Positions 7,688 through 15,890 of a stretch of 20,000 nucleotides of DNA are shown here, one piece after another. The stretch covers positions 55,874-75,873 of IMG/VR virus record IMGVR_UViG_3300034082_000804; one strand, given 5' to 3'. Position numbers and translations under genes: made by a program. Every line of letters begins with the position of its first letter. Position 1 is the stretch's first letter. The notes beneath the pieces were generated by a model that had not been told where the DNA came from, searched no databases, and was given only the letters and a program-made list of their open reading frames with translations. This DNA is from an uncultured virus (IMG/VR IMGVR_UViG_3300034082_000804). Lineage: Duplodnaviria; Heunggongvirae; Uroviricota; Caudoviricetes.

Positions 7688-7750
7688 ACTACAATAATAA
7701 GAAAGCGACAAACGCTTCGATTATAAAACGAAAACTAAGGAGCATAGACA

Positions 7751-8773
7751 ATGACAGGTTTTGTTAAAATTAAAAATGGTACTTATCGTAATCAAGCGAT
7801 TACAGATGAAGTATTTCCTCTAGTAAAACAATTTCAATTAGGTAGCAAAGGTGGTTTTATCACTGTAGACGGCACTGGTCGTTTTGGCAAGGATAAAATA
7901 CGTGTTACTATCTCTAGTCCTACAGAGTACGAACTAGTAGACGCAACAGAATACACAGGCGAAGTAGCTACAGCAGGTGTAGACACACATAGCAAGCAAA
8001 CAGACGAAGAACGTATTGCTGAAATTGGCTTACGTTTTGAAATGCTAGACGAAATGACCAAAGCAGTATTGAACGGTGACATTCGTGCTATGATTGTAAG
8101 TGGCCCTCCGGGTGTTGGTAAAAGTTACACAGTAGAAAATCAAATTGACCGTGCTAACTTGTTTCAAAACATTGCCAACGCAAAACCTAAACACACTGTG
8201 GTTAAAGGTAGTGCTAGTGCTATTGGTTTGTACAAAGTATTGTACGAATACAGTGACGCTAACAGCGTTATTGTGTTTGATGACTGCGATAGCATCTTGT
8301 TTGACGACGTTAGTTTGAACTTGCTTAAAGGCGCATTGGACAGTGGTAAGTCACGTAAAATTAGTTGGTTGTCGGAGTCACGTGTATTGAAACAAGAAGA
8401 CATTCCTAACAGTTTCCAATTTAAAGGTAGTGTAATTTTTATCACTAACTTAAAGTTTGATCAAGTTAAGTCAACTCGTTTGAAAGATCACTTAGAAGCA
8501 CTACAGTCACGCTGTCACTATTTAGATTTGACGTTAGACACTATGCGTGATAAAGTATTGCGTATTAGACAAATTGCTAAAACTGGTCAATTGTTTGAAG
8601 ACATGGGCATTGGCGAAATTGGACAAGATATTATTATCGATTTCTTAGACGCTAACAAGAACAAGTTCCGTGAAATGAGTTTGCGTATGGCAATCAAAGT
8701 AGCACAGTTATACAAGAGCTTTCCTAACACTTGGGAAAACATGGCTAAGACAACTTGTATGAAGATTGCGTAA
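7751..8773 (+). CDS. AAA+ family ATPase
   Basis: Walker A GPPGVGKS, Walker B VIVFDDCD, sensor-1 IFITN, ALQSRC arginine-finger motif; AAGGAG RBS. Confidence 0.88.
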   Translation: MTGFVKIKNGTYRNQAITDEVFPLVKQFQLGSKGGFITVDGTGRFGKDKIRVTISSPTEYELVDATEYTGEVATAGVDTHSKQTDEERIAEIGLRFEMLDEMTKAVLNGDIRAMIVSGPPGVGKSYTVENQIDRANLFQNIANAKPKHTVVKGSASAIGLYKVLYEYSDANSVIVFDDCDSILFDDVSLNLLKGALDSGKSRKISWLSESRVLKQEDIPNSFQFKGSVIFITNLKFDQVKSTRLKDHLEALQSRCHYLDLTLDTMRDKVLRIRQIAKTGQLFEDMGIGEIGQDIIIDFLDANKNKFREMSLRMAIKVAQLYKSFPNTWENMAKTTCMKIA

Positions 8774-8774
8774 C

Positions 8775-8906
8775 ATGCGGTTGCTAGCGGCAATGACGTA
8801 TAATTTAATCCTACTAGGAGGTACCGTTTACCTAGTAGGTTGGCAGGAGTGGAGTGCTTGGTGGTTCCTACTTACCGTAATACTTTTAGCTAGCGGTAAA
8901 GACTAA
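8775..8906 (+). CDS. 43-aa membrane microprotein (not in ORF track)
   Basis: MRLLAAMTYNLILLGGTVYLVGWQEWSAWWFLLTVILLASGKD*; starts 1 nt after the ATPase stop. Confidence 0.65.
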   Translation: MRLLAAMTYNLILLGGTVYLVGWQEWSAWWFLLTVILLASGKD

Positions 8907-8919
8907 GAAGGAGAAGTAA

Positions 8920-9081
8920 ATGTCAGTTTATACAAAAAGAATTATATTTGCGTTGGTAAGTTTGGTAGTATTGGGAGCAGTTGGTGTTTGGGCACCAGAA
9001 GTACAACGCTTCTTAGGTATGTTTGCCCTAGGTTGGATGTTGATGGACATTGCCAGTGATGTGTTTCCGGAGGGCAAATAA
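8920..9081 (+). CDS. 53-aa membrane microprotein (not in ORF track)
   Basis: AAGGAG RBS; MSVYTKRIIFALVSLVVLGAVGVWAPEVQRFLGMFALGWMLMDIASDVFPEGK*. Confidence 0.75.
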   Translation: MSVYTKRIIFALVSLVVLGAVGVWAPEVQRFLGMFALGWMLMDIASDVFPEGK

Positions 9082-9082
9082 T

Positions 9083-9229
9083 ATGATTGATTGGCAATTT
9101 TGGCTATTGGTAGTTTGGTTATTGTTCATTGGATATTGTTTTGGTCGTGCGCATGAAGCGTGGAATCGTTTTAGTCGCAGTATTGATGAACTACAAAAAT
9201 TATCTAAAAAATTCTCCAACGAGGAGTAG
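9083..9229 (+). CDS. 48-aa membrane microprotein (not in ORF track)
   Basis: GGAGG RBS at 9069-9073; MIDWQFWLLVVWLLFIGYCFGRAHEAWNRFSRSIDELQKLSKKFSNEE*. Confidence 0.7.
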   Translation: MIDWQFWLLVVWLLFIGYCFGRAHEAWNRFSRSIDELQKLSKKFSNEE

Positions 9230-9232
9230 TAT

Positions 9233-9403
9233 ATGTGGAATAAAATTCGTTTTTGGTTGTATGAAAATGATCGACAACTAACATGGTTCTTCATTGGTTT
9301 ATTTGTTATGTGTTTCTTTGTAGATATGGGTAAACACAACTATCCAGGCGCACTAATGGATGCTATCATTGTGGCAATAAATTATATACTACGTCCTCGC
9401 TAG
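9233..9403 (+). CDS. 56-aa membrane microprotein (not in ORF track)
   Basis: GAGGAG RBS at 9221-9226; MWNKIRFWLYENDRQLTWFFIGLFVMCFFVDMGKHNYPGALMDAIIVAINYILRPR*. Confidence 0.75.
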   Translation: MWNKIRFWLYENDRQLTWFFIGLFVMCFFVDMGKHNYPGALMDAIIVAINYILRPR

Positions 9404-9421
9404 TATTAAATAGTAGTACTA

Positions 9422-11041
9422 ATGAAAACAGACATTCAAATCAATCAATCAGCAGACCTACTACCAATTACAGCCGTTGCCGGTTCTATTAATGTACGAG
9501 ACGAACAGTTAGAAGTGTATGGTAGTAGGAAAGCTAAACTAAACATAGAAGCACTTGCTGACCGTCCTGGTCGAGATAGCAAGTTAATCTTAGTAACAGC
9601 TATTACTCCGACTCCCGCAGGTGAAGGTAAAACTACCACAACTATTGGACTAGCAGATGGCCTACGTAAGTTAAACTACAAGTCAATTGTATGCCTACGT
9701 GAACCTGCGCTAGGTCCAGTGTTTGGTATGAAAGGTGGAGCAACTGGTGGCGGCTATGCGCAAGTAGCACCAATGGAAGACATTAACCTACACTTTACAG
9801 GTGACTTCCATGCTGTCGCATCAGCTCATAACCTACTAGCTAGCCTCATAGATAATCATTTACATTGGGGTAACAGGCTCAATTTAAACACTAACAACAT
9901 CACATGGAAACGTGTAAGCGACATGAACGATCGTGCGTTACGCGACGTTTGTGTAGGTCTGGGAGCCCATAACAGCGTTACACGACAGTCAGGATTTGAC
10001 ATTGTAGTGGCGTCAGAAGTAATGGCTATCCTATGTTTGGCCAACGACTTCAAGGACTTAAAAAAGCGTTTAGGTAAGATCACTGTAGGCTACACACAAG
10101 ACGGTAAGCCTGTTACAGCTAAAGATCTTAAGGCACATGGTGCTATGGCCGCATTACTAAAAGAAGCCGTTAAACCTAACCTAGTACAGACCTTAGAAGG
10201 CACTCCTGCGCTAGTACACGGTGGTCCATTTGCCAACATAGCACATGGTTGTAACAGTGTTATTGCTACTAAGCTGGCTATGAAGTTAGCTGACTACGTA
10301 GTAACTGAAGCAGGCTTTGGTGCTGACTTGGGTGCTGAGAAGTTTATTAACATTAAGTGTCGTAAAAGCGGTCTTAAACCTGACGTAGTAGTGCTTGTAG
10401 CAACAGTTAGAGCCGTTAAACATCAAGGTAACTACGACAACCTAGATAAGCATATAGCCAACATTAAGACATGGTATAACCTGCCTTGTGTAGTTGCTAT
10501 TAATCGTTTTAAAGATGATACTGACCTTGAGATTGCGGAATTAATTGAGCACATCAAAGAAACATTTGACATTGAAGCAGTTGAATGTACACACTTTGCT
10601 AATGGTGGCGATGGTGCCACAGACCTAGCACACGAAGTTGTTATTGCTATTGATCGATCAAAACATCAGATGGCGCTGACCTACGAAGATGATGATACAC
10701 TGTGCGATAAGATTGAGCAAGTAGCTCGTAAAATTTACGGTGCTTACCATATAACTATGGATGCCAAGGTCACTAAACATTTAGAAGAACTACAACGAGA
10801 TTATGGACATTATCCTGTTTGTATTGCTAAAACACAAAGCAGTTTCAGTGATGATCCCGCTAATAAATTAGCCGCAACTGAAGGACATGTCTTAACAGTG
10901 CGTGAGTTAAAACTATGTACGGGTGCTGAGTATATCGTAGCAGTCTGCGGTAACATTATGACCATGCCAGGCTTACCAGAACGACCAAACGCAGAAAAGA
11001 TCAGTATCAATTCTAAAGGTGAGATCACAGGATTAGATTAA
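9422..11041 (+). CDS. fhs: Formate--tetrahydrofolate ligase (FTHFS)
   Basis: [94 protein letters not shown]. Confidence 0.97.
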   Translation: MKTDIQINQSADLLPITAVAGSINVRDEQLEVYGSRKAKLNIEALADRPGRDSKLILVTAITPTPAGEGKTTTTIGLADGLRKLNYKSIVCLREPALGPVFGMKGGATGGGYAQVAPMEDINLHFTGDFHAVASAHNLLASLIDNHLHWGNRLNLNTNNITWKRVSDMNDRALRDVCVGLGAHNSVTRQSGFDIVVASEVMAILCLANDFKDLKKRLGKITVGYTQDGKPVTAKDLKAHGAMAALLKEAVKPNLVQTLEGTPALVHGGPFANIAHGCNSVIATKLAMKLADYVVTEAGFGADLGAEKFINIKCRKSGLKPDVVVLVATVRAVKHQGNYDNLDKHIANIKTWYNLPCVVAINRFKDDTDLEIAELIEHIKETFDIEAVECTHFANGGDGATDLAHEVVIAIDRSKHQMALTYEDDDTLCDKIEQVARKIYGAYHITMDAKVTKHLEELQRDYGHYPVCIAKTQSSFSDDPANKLAATEGHVLTVRELKLCTGAEYIVAVCGNIMTMPGLPERPNAEKISINSKGEITGLD

Positions 11042-11099
11042 ATATTTTTGTAATACTCCATCATACGCTATTGTCTAGCTCCTAGTGTGATGGATCTTT

Positions 11100-11133
11100 A
11101 AGCCCAAGTGGAAACATTTGGGCTTCTTTTTCT
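11100..11133 (+). terminator. Rho-independent terminator after fhs
   Basis: AAGCCCAAGTG-GAAA-CATTTGGGCTT hairpin followed by CTTTTTCT. Confidence 0.88.
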
Positions 11134-11134
11134 C

Positions 11135-11163
11135 TTGCTATTCAGAACTAAAGAAGGTATACT
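11135..11163 (+). promoter_or_regulatory. sigma70-type promoter for the helicase operon, probably leaderless
   Basis: TTGCTA 11135-11140, 17 nt, TATACT 11158-11163; ATG at 11170 with no SD. Confidence 0.7.
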
Positions 11164-11169
11164 AATAGT

Positions 11170-12294
11170 ATGTTAAGCTATCATCATGTCGAAGACTACT
11201 TAGAATACCTAGCAGGATACGATCCCGGTAGTCAAGCCATGTGGATCACACCCGTGCGTAAAATTAGTCTTGCTCGATATGATGTACAGATTGTAGACAG
11301 CATGGCCAATAATACATTATTTGGTTCAGCGTTAACTGATCGTCAAGGCGAGCTAGTGATCAAACTGATACTTAAATATCGTAGGCAATTTACCAACAAC
11401 GGTATTGACATTACTCCTGTAGAAAACCCACAGTTCAGAATGCCAGTGCGTAAAATTGATCGTAGTAGATCAATTTGGATTGAAGACGATATTATCAAAC
11501 TAAAGTTTCCCTACAATCAAGATTACATACAACAGATACGAGAGTTTAAAGACTCAAGTCAAGGATCTGCTCGCTGGGACAATGATAAAAAATTGTGGGC
11601 TGTGGCAATTACTGAATACAATGTCAACTGGCTAGTAAGTTGGGCACAGAGTAATCAATTTGAAGTATCACAAGGCCTGCTGGCGTTAATGGATCAAATA
11701 CTAAAGGCAGAACAGAAACCATACGAAATCAAATTAGTTAAAACAGCAGATGGATACACTGTCACTAATGCTGCTAAGAGCCTATTAGAATATATTAAAC
11801 GTTATGATAACGACCCGATTAAACTAGTAGATGCTTCGGGCGTGTTGTGCTACACAGTTGATGCCGACATATTAGAACAGTGTTCGATTGATTACGGTCC
11901 GGCATTAGAATATATCGGCACCAGACACAATGTACACCTGAGCCCAGTTACTGATGCTGGGTATTGGGATTGGGTACTAGACTATGCTGAACTAACACAG
12001 CGTTATCCAATATGCGTATATGACCCAGGCATGTCCACAGAATTAGATTTGAGTAGATTTAGTCAAGACGACATTGTTTATTTTGATCATAATGGCAAAA
12101 CTAAGACTAGCAATTATAACCCATATGGTGTTAAAGTAGTATATGCTCGTAGAATTCCTAAGTGTTGGGACTTTCCGGTGCCTTTACTTGTCAGCACTGC
12201 CGAAATGATGTTTGGCGGCAAACGACTAGAATGGTTAAACAAAGCAGAGAAGATAGTGTACCTAACCAACACTATTATAAATGAGAAAAACTAA
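11170..12294 (+). CDS. Hypothetical protein with a possible HARP-like (helicase-associated) domain
   Basis: 374-aa ORF coupled to the helicase (TAATG). IKLKFPYNQDYIQQIREFK...ARWDNDKKLWAV resembles HARP-type modules. Confidence 0.6.
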   Translation: MLSYHHVEDYLEYLAGYDPGSQAMWITPVRKISLARYDVQIVDSMANNTLFGSALTDRQGELVIKLILKYRRQFTNNGIDITPVENPQFRMPVRKIDRSRSIWIEDDIIKLKFPYNQDYIQQIREFKDSSQGSARWDNDKKLWAVAITEYNVNWLVSWAQSNQFEVSQGLLALMDQILKAEQKPYEIKLVKTADGYTVTNAAKSLLEYIKRYDNDPIKLVDASGVLCYTVDADILEQCSIDYGPALEYIGTRHNVHLSPVTDAGYWDWVLDYAELTQRYPICVYDPGMSTELDLSRFSQDDIVYFDHNGKTKTSNYNPYGVKVVYARRIPKCWDFPVPLLVSTAEMMFGGKRLEWLNKAEKIVYLTNTIINEKN

Positions 12295-13751
12295 TGGCCA
12301 CAGCTAGACTATTAATTAAAGATGAAGTGAACGTAAAGATTGAAGGCTTAGATCTACACGAACGTAAAGAACTCAGTAACAAGTTCAAATATGAAATACC
12401 TGGTGCTAGATATTTGCCCGCAGTTCGTTTGGGTCGTTGGGATGGTAAGGTAGCGTACTTCCAAATGGGCGGTAGCACATACATTAATCTACTCAATGAC
12501 ATTATACCCTATTTAGACAGTCGTGGTTATAACATTGAAATTGAAGATGTTAGAGATTATCGTACACAGTTTGATTTCCAACAGGTAACAGAGAGTACAT
12601 TCGCACACAAGGTATGGCCCGAGAAACACCCAATGGTAGGACAGCCTATTACCCTACGTGACTATCAAATTGACATTGTCAATAACTTCTTAACCAATCC
12701 ACAGTGTATACAAGAAATTGCCACAGGTGCTGGTAAAACAATCATGACAGCCGCACTAAGTTATAGCTGTGAAGCCTATGGGCGTACAATCGTCATTGTA
12801 CCAAACAAAAGCCTAGTAACACAAACAGAAGCAGACTATATTAACCTAGGCCTAGACGTTGGCGTATACTTTGGTGATCGTAAAGAGTTTGGTCGTACAC
12901 ATACTATCTGTACTTGGCAGAGTCTAAACATTCTATTAAAGAATACCAAAGGTGGTGAAGCAGATGTTACTATCGGTGAGTTCATTGAGGGTGTTGTCTG
13001 TGTAATGGTTGACGAAGTACACATGGCCAAAGCAGATGCGCTTAAGACCTTGCTCACTGGAGTAATGTCACACATACCAATTCGTTGGGGCCTAACTGGT
13101 ACCATACCCAAAGAGCCATATGAGCAGGTTAGTCTACTGTGTAGTCTTGGCCCTGTGATAGGTAAACTCAGTGCTAGTGAACTACAAGAACAGGGTGTGT
13201 TGGCCAACTGTCATGTGAATATACTACAGTTAATTGATCATGTAGAGTACAAGGACTATCAAAGCGAGTTACGCTATCTATTAGAAACAGAAGGTAGACT
13301 AGACTACATCGCACAGCTGGTAGAAAGCATACGCAAGACAGGCAACACATTGGTATTAGTTGATCGTATAGCACCAGGTAAGGCATTGATTGAAAAGATT
13401 AGAGGTGCTGTGTTTGTTTCTGGGGGAACTAAAGCAGATGATAGAAAAGAAAGCTATGATGAGTTTGCCACAAGTGATGACGTGGTTGCTGTGGCCACTT
13501 ACGGTGTTGCGGCAGTGGGTATTAATATTCCTCGTATTTTTAATCTTGTACTTATCGAACCTGGTAAGAGTTTTGTCAGGGTTATTCAAAGCATTGGACG
13601 TGGTATTCGTAAAGCAGAAGATAAAGACTTTGTTCAGATCTGGGACGTAACATCAACATGTAAATTTGCCAAACGGCATATTACAACACGTAAGAAATTT
13701 TACAACGAAGCAAACTATCCGTTTGTGGTTGAAAAGGTAGATTGGCAGTGA
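12294..13751 (+). CDS. Superfamily 2 DNA helicase, UvsW-like
   Basis: Q motif LRDYQ, Walker A ATGAGKT, DEVH, GLTGT, ATYGVAAVGINIP, QSIGRGIR. Confidence 0.92.
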   Translation: MATARLLIKDEVNVKIEGLDLHERKELSNKFKYEIPGARYLPAVRLGRWDGKVAYFQMGGSTYINLLNDIIPYLDSRGYNIEIEDVRDYRTQFDFQQVTESTFAHKVWPEKHPMVGQPITLRDYQIDIVNNFLTNPQCIQEIATGAGKTIMTAALSYSCEAYGRTIVIVPNKSLVTQTEADYINLGLDVGVYFGDRKEFGRTHTICTWQSLNILLKNTKGGEADVTIGEFIEGVVCVMVDEVHMAKADALKTLLTGVMSHIPIRWGLTGTIPKEPYEQVSLLCSLGPVIGKLSASELQEQGVLANCHVNILQLIDHVEYKDYQSELRYLLETEGRLDYIAQLVESIRKTGNTLVLVDRIAPGKALIEKIRGAVFVSGGTKADDRKESYDEFATSDDVVAVATYGVAAVGINIPRIFNLVLIEPGKSFVRVIQSIGRGIRKAEDKDFVQIWDVTSTCKFAKRHITTRKKFYNEANYPFVVEKVDWQ

Positions 13752-14464
13752 CAACCTTAGTAGCCTGTGGATGTAGTTTTTTAACTACTAGTTATTTTAA
13801 GTACCGAGAGATACAGGGCAGTGACTGGCCAAAATTTGATACCTACGATTTTACTGCTAGTGTGTTAGATGAAATGGCAGAGTTTAATTACTCACACAAT
13901 GTGAATTTTGTTGATCTATATGCTGTAGATAAACAATGGGATTATATCAATTTGGCCAGTCCAGGCGCAACTAATTTTTTTATTAGACTACAAATTGAAG
14001 AAGCAGTAAAAATCAAACCTGACTATGTCGTTGTGGCTGCTACTAGTTCAGATAGATTTGAAATACCCTTAGGTCAATTTGAATATGCCAGATTAACTAA
14101 GAACTATAACGAACTTAATAATACTGTTAGTTCAAAAATGACAGACTGCTATGACCTAACCAAAGAAAAAGAAACAGCAATTAAACATTATACTAGCCAG
14201 CTGTTTGATATAGGACTATTAGAAGCAAAAAGTTATTTTTACCTTCAAAGCGGATTAGATCTATTAGAGAAAAATAATATACCCTATGTATTCATACCGG
14301 GTCCAATGAAACATAAAGATTGGCAGGGTAGAGATATTATTTGGGAAGATACTGGCCCTTGGGATTTACCTTACGGTCTTGCCAAAAACAATAACCATAA
14401 TGCGTTGGCGGCACACCAAGAGTTCTTACAGACTCTTAACGAACTTACTATTAACTGGAACTAA
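13748..14464 (+). CDS. SGNH/GDSL-like hydrolase
   Basis: Probable GTG start overlapping the helicase stop (GTGA). VACGCSF block I, INLASPGATN block II, C-terminal NHNALAAH. Confidence 0.6.
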   Translation: MTTLVACGCSFLTTSYFKYREIQGSDWPKFDTYDFTASVLDEMAEFNYSHNVNFVDLYAVDKQWDYINLASPGATNFFIRLQIEEAVKIKPDYVVVAATSSDRFEIPLGQFEYARLTKNYNELNNTVSSKMTDCYDLTKEKETAIKHYTSQLFDIGLLEAKSYFYLQSGLDLLEKNNIPYVFIPGPMKHKDWQGRDIIWEDTGPWDLPYGLAKNNNHNALAAHQEFLQTLNELTINWN

Positions 14465-14466
14465 CT

Positions 14467-14967
14467 ATGTACATACTAACATTAGAAAATCAAGCATATG
14501 AGATGAATGAAATACCAGACGAGATCGATGATCTACGTTTTGCTATATTAGATAACAGTGATCCAAAGAATCCAGACTATTTCTTTATTCCCTTGATCTT
14601 CTTAGAAAGTTTCAACAGTCCGGCATTGGTCCTAAACATTGGCGGCAACCTAATTAAAATGCCTGCGGACTGGCAGGTACTAATCGGTGAGCCAGACTTT
14701 GGGGACCTAGAAGTTATCCCATTAACATCAATTAATGACCGTGGCTTTAGTGTGTTTACATTCAATCCATTAGACAGCTTTAAACCTAAGTTTGAACCAA
14801 TTGAGATAGTGGATATCTATCAAGATGTCAAATGGTATTTCCCTAAACTTAAGCCAGGGCAGATGTTAGCAGTGCCAATTAACGAAAGTGAACACCCTAT
14901 GTGTGCTTACTTTGTCAAAGACATTAGCCGTCAAAGTGAAGTAGTAGACTACGGTAAGATATGGTAA
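14467..14967 (+). CDS. Hypothetical protein, possibly a degenerate Hint (intein-like) fold
   Basis: Clear 166-aa beta-rich ORF. The fold assignment is inference from motif spacing only. Confidence 0.6.
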   Translation: MYILTLENQAYEMNEIPDEIDDLRFAILDNSDPKNPDYFFIPLIFLESFNSPALVLNIGGNLIKMPADWQVLIGEPDFGDLEVIPLTSINDRGFSVFTFNPLDSFKPKFEPIEIVDIYQDVKWYFPKLKPGQMLAVPINESEHPMCAYFVKDISRQSEVVDYGKIW

Positions 14968-15185
14968 TCAAACTTAATCCCGCTGTGATAACGGACGACA
15001 TGATGTACGAAGGTGGCGTAGAACCCCTGGACAGCGTGCCAGAATATACCCCAATAGCACAAATAAAAGAAGATAAATTATGGGGTGAAATTCGTCGTGC
15101 GGCTCGGACAAATAAGACTTTACAAACCGCACTTGATCATGCTATAATGATATATAAGTTAAGCGAGGAATATAAAAATGTTTAA
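14961..15185 (+). CDS. Small hypothetical protein
   Basis: Overlaps both neighbours; LWGEIRRAARTNKTLQTALDHAIMIYKLS helical tail. Confidence 0.75.
   Translation: MVIKLNPAVITDDMMYEGGVEPLDSVPEYTPIAQIKEDKLWGEIRRAARTNKTLQTALDHAIMIYKLSEEYKNV
15119..15148 (+). promoter_or_regulatory. Internal sigma70-type promoter with extended -10
   Basis: TTTACA 15119-15124, 18 nt, TGcTATAAT (-10 at 15143-15148); GAGGA RBS before ATG 15178. Confidence 0.6.
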
Positions 15186-15414
15186 CCCAGAACAATTTAA
15201 AGCAAAGAAAAAGCGAGCAGTTGATCCTAATGCTCCGCCGCGTCCTAACCTATTAAGTCAGGATAAAAAGCTACGTGAGCAACAGGATGTAGTAGTACGC
15301 TTACAAATGATGATTAAAGACCAAGCGGAAGAAATTGCCAAACTAAAGAACAAGTACACTGACATGCAGGCCAGTGTTAATCAAATTTTAAATGTATTGC
15401 GCAAAGGTAGATAA
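15178..15414 (+). CDS. Small basic coiled-coil protein
   Basis: KAKKKR basic N-terminus followed by a heptad-rich helix. Confidence 0.8.
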   Translation: MFNPEQFKAKKKRAVDPNAPPRPNLLSQDKKLREQQDVVVRLQMMIKDQAEEIAKLKNKYTDMQASVNQILNVLRKGR

Positions 15415-15890
15415 TGGCCACAGATTTTAACAGTCCGCTTTACATAGGTAATGAAATGGCGGCCTTTGATCGTAAGGATCGTAAGTACTATGATAAGTTC
15501 ACTGATGAAGAACGTAAACAGTTTAGCACGTATCTAATGTTGCGCTATGGTGCTAGTGTAGAAGGTAGTAATGATCTACAGGCCTACTATCTAATGGCCA
15601 CAAATGAACGTGTAAATAAGAACTTCTTTGATCTAGGCAAACATCCTAAACTACAGTGGTTACTATGTTCTACAGTTAGTCCCGGCATGGGCAAGCAAAA
15701 GCACTACTGGCAGGCTAGTAAAAAGAAAGAAGGCGGCAATAACAAAGCAGAAAAGTTCCTAGCAGAACTTTATCCAGAACTTAAACAAGATGAAATAGAA
15801 TTGTTAGCGGCAATCAATGATAAAAGAGATATTACAGACCTGGCAAGAAAACACGGGCTCGATGACAAACAAGTCAAGTCCAAGTTATAA
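15414..15890 (+). CDS. Putative clamp-loader small subunit (T4 gp62-like)
   Basis: FSTYLMLRYGAS...NERVNKNFFDL...LQWLL...KQKHYW...KK...FLAELYP pattern and size resemble Phage_clamp_A proteins. Confidence 0.5.
   Translation: MATDFNSPLYIGNEMAAFDRKDRKYYDKFTDEERKQFSTYLMLRYGASVEGSNDLQAYYLMATNERVNKNFFDLGKHPKLQWLLCSTVSPGMGKQKHYWQASKKKEGGNNKAEKFLAELYPELKQDEIELLAAINDKRDITDLARKHGLDDKQVKSKL

Noticed and set aside
9028..9339. 103-aa minus-strand ORF
   Set aside because: The region is better explained by + strand microproteins with strong RBSs and tight packing.
9404..9421. ZTP or THF riboswitch upstream of fhs
   Set aside because: Only 18 nt separate the upstream ORF from fhs, and no aptamer-like structure was seen.
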